Positions 57,103 to 64,000 of a stretch of DNA of 64,000 nucleotides are shown one piece after another. Below the pieces are notes generated by a model that was not told the origin of the DNA, made no database searches, and saw only the letters and a list, made by a program, of their open reading frames with translations. Numbering within the stretch: position 1 is the stretch's first letter; each line of letters begins with the position of its first letter. Made by a program: the position numbers and the translations under genes. Source of the stretch: a virus (taxonomy: Duplodnaviria > Heunggongvirae > Uroviricota > Caudoviricetes); the IMG/VR virus record IMGVR_UViG_3300047160_006104, positions 29,865 to 93,864 of that record, one strand, 5' to 3'.

Positions 57103-57504
57103 TCAGCCGCCACCGCCAACCGCGACCTTGTCGCCTTTGAGTGGTTTCATGATGCGAAGCTGCTCCTTTCGGGGTAAATACCTTCTCCATGTTTGAGCTG
57201 CCAGTCGGCGACGGTGCCGCCGATGTTCTGCAGCGAGTAGCCGGGATAGGGCACCGCCTGGTGGCGTTCGTAAGGTGTCATCGCCGCCAACTCCGCAAGG
57301 TGCATCAGGCCACGACACCACAAAGCACGTGCCCCACTCTTCGGACTGCTCGGTGTCCACGATGATGCCCACCGTTTCCAGCGGGTTGGACACATGCCGG
57401 CAACGCTTGCCGTCGATGTCGCGGAAATATTCAGTCCTGCCAGCATTAGGCAGGTAGTGAACGCGATCCCCAATCTGAAACATCACCATGTCACCTTTCG
57501 CCAT
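57103..57504 (-). pseudogene. apparently frameshifted small gene (two consecutive protein-like frames)
   Basis: Frame A good for MAKGDMVMFQIGDRVHYL...CFVVSWPD, then degenerates. Frame B good from ~57281 (MTPYERHQAVPYPGYSLQNIGGTVADWQLKHGEGIY). Confidence 0.3.
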
Positions 57505-57583
57505 AAAAATATTTTTGGGTGTGCGCCAGGAACGGACCCTTACCTCGTTCCCGGCGCACACCGTTCTCATCCCCGCGAAGGGC

Positions 57584-58690
57584 CTAGTTGACGGCGAGGA
57601 GTTCGCTGGCCTTGAAGTCGCTGGTCAGCGTGCGCCACGCAGCATTCTTCAAACCCACCTTGGACGACTGCGCCTGAGTGATGGTGCGAACCGCACGCGC
57701 ACCTGCCTCATCGCCGCCAGCACCGCGCACACCCTGGTAGTGGTCGACGAACTCGGTCACCGCATTGAAGAACCCGTACCGCGTCCCACCGAAAGAATCC
57801 TTGATCGTCGGGGATTCGACGAACAGTTTCAGGATGCCGTTGGCGGTGTTTTGCCGCATGGTCCGCGACCGGCCCTCACGCTGAGCCGCTGACAACTCGA
57901 CCAAATCCTCCGCGACCGCTTTGGCCTCATCGACGCTCATCGAGGTTTGGTAGAGCCGCTGGCACTCAGCCTCGAACTGGGCCTCGTATGTGAACGCGAT
58001 TCCCATGACGCGGCGCGCTTCCTCAAGCTGGTCACGCCAGTTCGCGGTGTGCCGAATCTTGAAGCTGGACACCGCTGAACCGATCGCTGCGGCCTGCGTG
58101 TTGGCGCACACGATCCGCACCGGAGTCACCAGGCCGGTCAACGCGGTCGACCCGTCGTGAGAGTTCAGCAGGGCCAGGTAGTAGTTTGTGGTGTCCACAA
58201 CCCCGTCGTGGCCGGTCAACTCCATCGTCTGCGGCAGCAGCATGGTCATAAAGACCTGGGTGTAGCCGCGCAGCGAGCCTACGGTTTGCCAGTTGCGTGC
58301 GCCGATTTCGTCGACGAACGCCTCACCGAATTGAGCCAGGGCCTCGTTTTGGGCGTGTTCGTAGCGTTCACCCACGGTTGCCGGCATGGTTTGCACGCGC
58401 CCGTTGACGGGGTTGTCGAACACGACGCCGTAGCGGTTTGAGACGGGGACGGCGGCGACGCGTCGGGTGGCGTCGTCGAACTCGTTGTCTTCGGGGCAGA
58501 TGTCGGCCCACAACCCGACTTTGCGGACGTTCCAGTTGGCGAGGTGTCCGGCTTCGAGGGCTTCTTGGGCGGTCATTTCGTGGCCGACGGGGGTTCCGAG
58601 GCGGTGCCAGGCGTCGACTCGGCCGTCTGCGGTGATGCGGGAGTCGGCGAATGCGGCGATGCCGTCGGTGATGGATAGTTCAGCGGGCAT
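57584..58690 (-). CDS. DUF932-like phage/plasmid protein
   Basis: 368 aa. Overall resemblance to DUF932 family. RBS GGAGGG. Preceded by conserved 42-bp promoter. Confidence 0.45.
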   Translation of the reverse strand: MPAELSITDGIAAFADSRITADGRVDAWHRLGTPVGHEMTAQEALEAGHLANWNVRKVGLWADICPEDNEFDDATRRVAAVPVSNRYGVVFDNPVNGRVQTMPATVGERYEHAQNEALAQFGEAFVDEIGARNWQTVGSLRGYTQVFMTMLLPQTMELTGHDGVVDTTNYYLALLNSHDGSTALTGLVTPVRIVCANTQAAAIGSAVSSFKIRHTANWRDQLEEARRVMGIAFTYEAQFEAECQRLYQTSMSVDEAKAVAEDLVELSAAQREGRSRTMRQNTANGILKLFVESPTIKDSFGGTRYGFFNAVTEFVDHYQGVRGAGGDEAGARAVRTITQAQSSKVGLKNAAWRTLTSDFKASELLAVN

Positions 58691-58716
58691 GGTTGCCCTC
58701 CTGTTCTGCGTTGGTA

Positions 58717-58758
58717 TCTATACCACAATCCTATAACATGTGTTGCCAACAAGTCAAG
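58717..58758 (-). promoter_or_regulatory. conserved sigmaA-type promoter (TTGACT-N18-TAGGAT), copy 1
   Basis: 42-bp block ~85% identical to 61370..61411, in same position relative to downstream gene start. Confidence 0.55.
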
Positions 58759-58761
58759 CCC

Positions 58762-59031
58762 TCATGTGAGGTCATCATTCGTGTCCACAATCAGAGAATC
58801 TCGTAACCTGACGTTGACGTGATCGAGTACCAGCAGGCAATACCGGGCGATGTCTTCTGCCTCGCCCTCAAGCACCAGACCGTCACCGGCTTCGTTGCCT
58901 AAAAACAACACACACGGACCCTCAAGCCCCTCATCGGGACACAACACCGCTTGGGCGCTGTCCAAGTCGTTTTCGCCCCACACGGCGTAGAGCGCACCGT
59001 TGGCGCTGCCCCATTCGTAGTGACTGCTCAT
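58762..59031 (-). CDS. hypothetical acidic protein
   Basis: 89 aa. Confidence 0.4.
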   Translation of the reverse strand: MSSHYEWGSANGALYAVWGENDLDSAQAVLCPDEGLEGPCVLFLGNEAGDGLVLEGEAEDIARYCLLVLDHVNVRLRDSLIVDTNDDLT

Positions 59032-59399
59032 TTATTCGAGCCTCCCATCTTGACCCATTGATGAAGCTGCGCATCCCAGCGGTACCCACTGACCTTGGTG
59101 TTGGTAACCCAAGGGGTCGCTTTCTTGGCGACCGACTTTTTAGGCGCAACCGCCTTTTTCACCGCTGGGCGCTCGTGGCGGCGCACCACATTCGTAATCA
59201 ACGCGGGCACATCAGCCAGTTCCTCGATGTAGGCCAGAAAACTGAACCCGGCGTGCCGCCCGGTCTGCACGGTCACCTCAAAGCTGCGGTAGCCCCATTC
59301 GGTCGGTTGGCGTTCCTGGTCGACTTTGACTTGTTCCCCGACCAAGCCGAGCATGTCCAACTCCCACTCGGTGTTATGCAACGTGAGACTGGTGATCAT
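59028..59399 (-). CDS. hypothetical protein with basic AKK-rich tail
   Basis: 123 aa. Confidence 0.45.
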   Translation of the reverse strand: MITSLTLHNTEWELDMLGLVGEQVKVDQERQPTEWGYRSFEVTVQTGRHAGFSFLAYIEELADVPALITNVVRRHERPAVKKAVAPKKSVAKKATPWVTNTKVSGYRWDAQLHQWVKMGGSNK

Positions 59400-59569
59400 C
59401 GCGCACCCGTTTCAGCCACGTCGGCTTCGCAGCAGTCGGACACATCGCACAACTGCACGTCGAATCCGGGTGCGCCCCAATACTCGTAGGTGCCGATACC
59501 GTAATCCACCGTTGTTACGCGGCACGGCTGACCGCACGCTTCACAGATCACCACTGCCGGCCTTTCCAT
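59396..59569 (-). CDS. 57-aa Cys-rich zinc-binding peptide
   Basis: 'CEACGQPC ... CDVSDCC'. Start inside 3' end of upstream gene. Not in ORF track. Confidence 0.3.
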   Translation of the reverse strand: MERPAVVICEACGQPCRVTTVDYGIGTYEYWGAPGFDVQLCDVSDCCEADVAETGAR

Positions 59570-59853
59570 CGCTCCATGTCGCCGCCAGCGGGTTCCTCGT
59601 CAGCCCACGGGTCGTCGAAGAACTCGCCGTCATTACCCAGCCACAGCAACTCGTCGACCACCGCGTCCGGGGCGACGGGCTCAACAACGCGCCCGGTCTC
59701 TAACCCGACCGCGTTACCCTCATCGGTTTCCCGCAGCACCTCCCACAAATTCGGGTTGAGCGGTTCATCAGAGCGGTGCAGCACGGTGAACGTGATCACC
59801 GTCTTAGACACGTTTTCCACCAACTTGACCTTCGCCTTAGCTTTCTTCACCAT
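59548..59853 (-). CDS. hypothetical protein
   Basis: 101 aa. Confidence 0.4.
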   Translation of the reverse strand: MVKKAKAKVKLVENVSKTVITFTVLHRSDEPLNPNLWEVLRETDEGNAVGLETGRVVEPVAPDAVVDELLWLGNDGEFFDDPWADEEPAGGDMERWKGRQW

Positions 59854-59873
59854 GTCGTCGTTCTCCCTTTGTC

Positions 59874-60206
59874 TCAGAAGTAGTCTGGGCAGAAGTGGAA
59901 TTCAGCCCCGTGTACGGCTAGCCGCACGATGCGGGTGTCTAAGCCGGTGGATGCGCCGATGTTGACGGCCTGACCTTCCGACATGCCTTTGCGCATGTCG
60001 TTGCACACCGTGCGGCCGAAGTCGGTGGCTTCGGCGACGCCGAACGGGGCACCGAGTTCATTGAGCATGTTCCAGTAGTTGTAGCCATCCTGGTCGCCCA
60101 TGTATCCACCGCCGTAGGGGTTAGCGTTGCCCGGGTACGCGTGGGCCGGCGCGGCGCTCAACGCGACCGCGAACGCCGCCACCACCGCTGCTTTCAGGTA
60201 TTTCAT
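59874..60206 (-). CDS. secreted small protein (signal peptide, two Cys)
   Basis: 'MKYLKAAVVAAFAVALSAAPAHA'. Start preceded by GGATTGGAACAGAC. Confidence 0.5.
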   Translation of the reverse strand: MKYLKAAVVAAFAVALSAAPAHAYPGNANPYGGGYMGDQDGYNYWNMLNELGAPFGVAEATDFGRTVCNDMRKGMSEGQAVNIGASTGLDTRIVRLAVHGAEFHFCPDYF

Positions 60207-60508
60207 GTCTGTTCCAATCCTTGCGGCGATAAATTATTTTTCTCGGGTGCGCCAAGTGGGGGCCGCAGTAGAAAACAGCCTCCGAGGCTTGGCTAGCACC
60301 CGTCCATCCTCTCTTCGGTCGGCGACAAGCAGGCTTTGGACACCCGCCCGCCGCTAGCGGATACCGACCCTTGTGGCATGGTCACGTAGATGCTTTTCGC
60401 CGGCGCGTCTGGCGGAACGATTGCTCGCGTAGCCGCCGCTGTTGATCGGCCCGCATATCTCGCAGATCACGCGCCAACCGACTTGCCCGTCACACACAAT
60501 GTCAACTC

Positions 60509-61354
60509 TCATGCCGACTTCGCCTTGGCAGCCTTGGCTTTGCCCTTGGCTTTACCGGCAGGGTGACGCGCAATCGAGGCCTCAAGTGCGGCCATCAGAT
60601 CGGCCACGTCTTCGACGGTTTCGGCTTCTTGGCGCACCGGCATGGGTGCACCGGCCTGTTTCGCGTCGAGCAACTCGTTGACCTTGGCCGCGTACTCATC
60701 GACCATCGACTCATCGACCTCGGAGAAATCAGCCACCATCTGTTCCATGAACTGTGTGGCCAGCTTTTTCACCTTCGGGTCAAGTTCGACCGGCTTTTTC
60801 AATGATGCGAAGTCAGCTTCACGTAGCTCGTCGCGCCACAGCACGTTTTGCATGACGATCACGTCACCGACAGGGCGCAGGATGGCCTGGTGGGTGCGCC
60901 CGCGCATGGTGTAGCGGACGACCGCGACTCGGCGGGATTCTTCCATGATGGTGCGGATCAGCGCATACCCTTCGGGCGCGTTCTTGTTGACTTTCACGTC
61001 GGGTTCCAGGTAGTACGGGGTTTCCAGTCGCAGCGGGTTGATTTCATCGAAGTTGACGAACGCTTCCACGTCGAAGTCTTTGCCGCTGTCGGTTTCGCAT
61101 TCGGCGAGTTCCTCGGCGGTGACCAGGATCGCGGTGTCGCCGCGCATCTGGCCGCGTACGAGGTCGTTGCGGTTGGGGATGGTTTCGCCGCAGTCGTTGC
61201 ACACGCACGGCATGGACACGCGCGAAGCGGAGCCGTCGTCGTGGACGTGGAACATGTTGAAGCTGATGGCGTGGGATTCGGTGGCCGCGTATTGGCGTAC
61301 GGGGACGCTGATGAAGGGTCCGAAGCTGATGTTGGTGTTGCTCATTGATCGCAT
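60509..61354 (-). CDS. ku: Ku (non-homologous end-joining DNA end-binding protein)
   Basis: 'ISFGPFISVPVRQYAA', 'YYLEPDVK', 'VVRYTMRGRTHQAILRP' colinear with bacterial Ku. Lys/Ala-rich tail. Confidence 0.75.
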   Translation of the reverse strand: MRSMSNTNISFGPFISVPVRQYAATESHAISFNMFHVHDDGSASRVSMPCVCNDCGETIPNRNDLVRGQMRGDTAILVTAEELAECETDSGKDFDVEAFVNFDEINPLRLETPYYLEPDVKVNKNAPEGYALIRTIMEESRRVAVVRYTMRGRTHQAILRPVGDVIVMQNVLWRDELREADFASLKKPVELDPKVKKLATQFMEQMVADFSEVDESMVDEYAAKVNELLDAKQAGAPMPVRQEAETVEDVADLMAALEASIARHPAGKAKGKAKAAKAKSA

Positions 61355-61369
61355 GGTGTCTGTTCCAAT

Positions 61370-61411
61370 CTCTATACCACAATCATACGGCATGTCACGC
61401 CAACAAGTCAA
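61370..61411 (-). promoter_or_regulatory. conserved sigmaA-type promoter (TTGACT-N18-TATGAT), copy 2, driving ku
   Basis: Paralogous to 58717..58758. Confidence 0.55.
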
Positions 61412-61604
61412 GTGCTAGCGCTGGGTTGCCTTTCGGGGGCCTACGTTTTCGCCGGGTATGAGCCAGCCCTTTGGTGGCGACGTATATAGCGTTGGGTTTC
61501 CATTGCGGATTTTTGCCGCTGGTGCGTCCTGAGATTTTGGGTGTCTGTTCCATACCTGCATCCTATCACATTTGTGTTGGCTTGACAACATAGGGTGGTG
61601 GGAT

Positions 61605-61630
61605 GTGTAACGGTGTAACGGGTGTAACGG
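61605..61630 (+). repeat. GTGTAACGG x3 tandem motif overlapping -10 region of TTGACA promoter (61583)
   Basis: Direct reading. Same triplet at 21229, 21539 (inverted), 44913. Confidence 0.6.
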
Positions 61631-61800
61631 TACGTCCGCATAGGGGATAGCCCGTGCGTCCTGCGTGGGAGGGTTCGATACGGAGAGGCATGCTTGGCCG
61701 TGCGTCCTACCCGGAAGCATAGCATAATCGGCGAGGCTTGACAAAGCATTGGAATGGGAGTAACATCGAGGACAGGACCCACCAGATCGGAAACAGACAC

Positions 61801-62031
61801 ATGCCACGCAAGACCATCGCCATCAGCGACATCACCACACGAATCAACGCCATGATCGAAGCCTCACCCGAAGACCACATACAAGGCCGGCAAGCACTAG
61901 CCGTGCTGCTCGAAACCATGCTGATGGAAACCGGCAACTACCGAGGCTTCCACTACCTTGCCAGCGCCACCCGCGACGCCGATGGCATTCGCGCCATCGA
62001 CGACTCGCGCCGCTGCTACTTCCAGAACTGA
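61801..62031 (+). CDS. hypothetical protein
   Basis: Start preceded by GGAAACAGACAC. Confidence 0.4.
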   Translation: MPRKTIAISDITTRINAMIEASPEDHIQGRQALAVLLETMLMETGNYRGFHYLASATRDADGIRAIDDSRRCYFQN

Positions 62032-62038
62032 GACCACC

Positions 62039-62275
62039 ATGAGCAACGACGAGCAAATCATCACGATCCGGCTCTCAGCGCCGCGCCTGGCCGCGCTGCG
62101 CAACGTCATCGACCAGATGCACGCATTCGGCTCATCCTGCGACGACGAGACGAACAAGGGCCATTGGCAGCACTACGACGAGGGCATGACGGATTGGCGT
62201 GAGGATGTGGCGTTCGCGGCTGAGTCGCTGATCGACACCATTCAACCGTCACGTGACGAAACGGAGGCACAGTAA
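62039..62275 (+). CDS. hypothetical acidic protein
   Basis: 78 aa. Confidence 0.4.
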   Translation: MSNDEQIITIRLSAPRLAALRNVIDQMHAFGSSCDDETNKGHWQHYDEGMTDWREDVAFAAESLIDTIQPSRDETEAQ

Positions 62276-62502
62276 TGACCACCATCAACACGAGCGCTTT
62301 TGCGCGCTGGTACATGAACGCCAGCGAGGGCCTGATGGACGCCATCGCTTCGCCGAGCGCGGTGGGGTTCCAGGCGGCGCTTGGGTGTTCTACGCCTGGC
62401 GCGACGGGTGCTGGCAGGTGTTTCCCGTCGATCCCCGCCACTCCCCGGGGGTGACCAACCATCACCGCGCCCCCCATCAGACCCCAAGAATGGAGTACGC
62501 AC

Positions 62503-62649
62503 ATGGACGACGATCTGACACCAGGTGTAAAACAGAATGTCGAAAAGCTGCGAGAAGCGGCTAGTTACCTCAGTAACGACCATTACGAGCTGGCTCTCTG
62601 GCTTGACGAGTACGCCGACACCCTTGAATACCACAACGTGGAGAAATGA
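62503..62649 (+). CDS. small protein (MDDDLTPGVKQNVEKLREAASY...)
   Basis: 48 aa. Region 62276..62500 has ambiguous framing. Confidence 0.3.
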   Translation: MDDDLTPGVKQNVEKLREAASYLSNDHYELALWLDEYADTLEYHNVEK

Positions 62650-62825
62650 CAGAAAACCGGCAAGCCACCTAAACAGGCCCCCAGTTCGTTCCAGACTGGC
62701 GTGACACCAGCATTGAGTGGAACCTTGGGCAGGGATTGGCTCGGGATATCCGCGCGGCAGCCGACGCGAATGGGTTTGTGATCGACAACGCGGTCGCGAC
62801 CATGTAGCGGATTTGGTTGGGGAAA

Positions 62826-62900
62826 GGGGTCTGACCACCCCTTTTCCGTCTTTTCACCATTTTTGGGTGCTGACCACCCCTTTTCCGTCTTTTCCGTCTT
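62826..62900. repeat. 24-bp direct repeat GACCACCCCTTTTCCGTCTTTTC x2 (plus partial third)
   Basis: Direct reading, in AT-rich non-coding region. Confidence 0.6.
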
Positions 62901-63336
62901 TTGGGAAATTGCCTGGTCGCGCGCCCGGCTCGCCGGCGCGTTTGATCTTGATTTGTGGCGCGTTTTTCGCAGGTCACCGCGCGTTATTACCTTGGCTAAT
63001 TACCGCGCGGAATTCTTGTTGTTAGCGACGCTAATTGTGCATTAGCAGTGCCGCCGATAATTCGCGCGTAGCCACCGGCAATACTTGCCCACTGCAATGG
63101 TGCGCGGGCTGCCTGCGAGAATCGCGTAGACCTGCCGGAATAGACCATTGGCAGGCCGGATTAGTTAGCCTGTCTGCCAATCGATTTAGACGGTCGTCTA
63201 CTACCTACGATAGTACCACGTGGTCGGGCGTGTCGGCAAGCATCTGCGCAGCTCAGGGCATGTGACGCGCCTCACACCGTAAGTATTTGACCGAAAGGCT
63301 TGACACGTTAGCTTGACATGGCTCAGTATCGCAGGT

Positions 63337-63400
63337 GTGCGTTCCTCTTACTTCTCCGAAGGGCCCTGGCAATCCGAATTGCCGGGCCGTAGGAACGCAC
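63337..63400 (+). ncRNA. structured 5' leader (nested hairpins) upstream of tandem paralog array
   Basis: GTGCGTTCCT ... AGGAACGCAC outer stem enclosing GGGCCCTGGCAAT/ATTGCCGGGCC inner stem. Preceded by two TTGACA boxes. Confidence 0.35.
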
Positions 63401-63424
63401 GCCCATTAAATGAAAGGAAATACC

Positions 63425-63649
63425 GTGGGAATTAACGAACGCATCGCTGCTGAGGAAAAAGAGATATGGGATAACCCATTCGATTCTTTTACTCGCAGGC
63501 TTAATGCGATAACGGACCGCGACGAATACGAACGCGAGAACGTCGATTACGCAGCACAGGTTCGGGCATTTTCGGATACCTACACGCCAAGAATGCCTAA
63601 CCGCGTAACGCGGAATGACATTGCCCACGCCAATCGCGTCAACAATTGA
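63425..63649 (+). CDS. small protein, paralog array member 1
   Basis: 'ERIAAEEKEIWDNPFDSFTRRLNAITDRDEYE' module. Low GC. Confidence 0.4.
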   Translation: MGINERIAAEEKEIWDNPFDSFTRRLNAITDRDEYERENVDYAAQVRAFSDTYTPRMPNRVTRNDIAHANRVNN

Positions 63650-63660
63650 GAGGAATTGAC

Positions 63661-63942
63661 ATGCCTGCTTACGAATACACGCAATTCTGCGCAGCGTGCG
63701 ACTGCCGTATGCGGTATGAGAATGAAAACGGTCTAACGTGGGGCCGGTATTGTAACGAATGCGGTGAAACGTGGTTGTGTGAAAACGAGCGTATCGCGGC
63801 CGAAGAAAAAGAAATATGGGATAACGCTTTCGATAAGTTCACTGCCCGGCTTAACGCTATCGTCGATCGTGATGAATACGAACAGGTCGCAATGCGTTAC
63901 GGCGACCAACTCCACATTATCCGTGCTAGCGGGAACATTTGA
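63661..63942 (+). CDS. zinc-ribbon + ERIAAEEKEIWDN module protein, paralog array member 2
   Basis: RBS GAGAGGAATTGAC. 'CAACDC..CNECGE'. Module repeated. Confidence 0.45.
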   Translation: MPAYEYTQFCAACDCRMRYENENGLTWGRYCNECGETWLCENERIAAEEKEIWDNAFDKFTARLNAIVDRDEYEQVAMRYGDQLHIIRASGNI

Positions 63943-63956
63943 GAGGAAGTACTGAC

Positions 63957-64000
63957 ATGCCCGAATACAGCGAATACGACCAATACTGCCAGGACTGCGG
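63957..64000 (+). CDS. paralog array member 3, truncated by window end
   Basis: RBS GAGAGGAAGTACTGAC. MPEYSEYDQYCQDCG. Confidence 0.3.
   Translation, partial: MPEYSEYDQYCQDC

Noticed and set aside
61640-61720. Second tRNA (GGTTCGATAC T-loop-like string)
   Set aside because: No acceptor/T-stem pairing can be built. Instead contains a duplicated CCGTGCGTCCT motif, likely regulatory.
1-64000. Integrase / attP
   Set aside because: No tyrosine or serine recombinase motifs in any frame. The tRNA-like element includes its own 5' half, so it is not simply a 3' tRNA att core.

Overview
High-GC (~65%) actinobacteriophage-like DNA, almost certainly a mycobacteriophage genome segment (it encodes PE/PPE, Lsr2, Ku and LysB, which are Mycobacterium-specific). 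Layout: nt 1-10.3 kb carry the tail-fibre / minor-tail genes. These comprise a 5'-truncated repeat protein, a collagen-like Gly-X-Y protein, a 1843-aa internally repetitive protein, a Thr/Ser-rich receptor-binding-like protein and a GT-A glycosyltransferase. nt 10.3-48 kb is a long accessory region of mostly small genes, many leaderless and many on the minus strand. It contains a YqaJ-like exonuclease, an MT-A70 DNA methyltransferase, a VRR-NUC protein, a RecT-like annealase, two ParB-like proteins, a DUF3631 P-loop ATPase and at least five HNH endonucleases. It also holds a sugar-modification operon: flotillin/SPFH, glycosyltransferase, NAD-epimerase/dehydratase, TylF-like O-methyltransferase and a second glycosyltransferase-like gene, plus two paralogous SAM methyltransferases elsewhere. 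Two paralogous secreted Cys/Pro-rich proteins follow. A minus-strand block at 38-43 kb looks like a type VII secretion substrate cassette: a PE/PPE pair, a YxxxE helical protein, and a WXG+YxxxE protein with a glycine-zipper C-terminus followed by a tiny membrane peptide. Further on are a tRNA-like gene with a non-canonical anticodon arm, an XRE-family repressor, and a lysis cassette (NlpC/P60-like peptidase, HKD phospholipase-D-family protein, LysA, HNH, LysB, three small paralogous proteins). The right arm holds Lsr2-like, DUF932, secreted protein and Ku genes and low-GC islands of tandem small paralogs. No integrase, terminase, capsid or tape-measure gene lies in the window. Genome-wide regulatory grammar is visible: a TGCCAGC box next to the -10 of many leaderless promoters, a start-associated 16-mer (GGATTGGAACAGACAC) directly before several ATGs, triplets of GTGTAACGG at four loci, a 42-bp promoter shared by the Ku and DUF932 genes, and a 10-bp iteron-like tandem array. 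Coordinates of small ORFs I derived by hand may be off by 1-2 nt.
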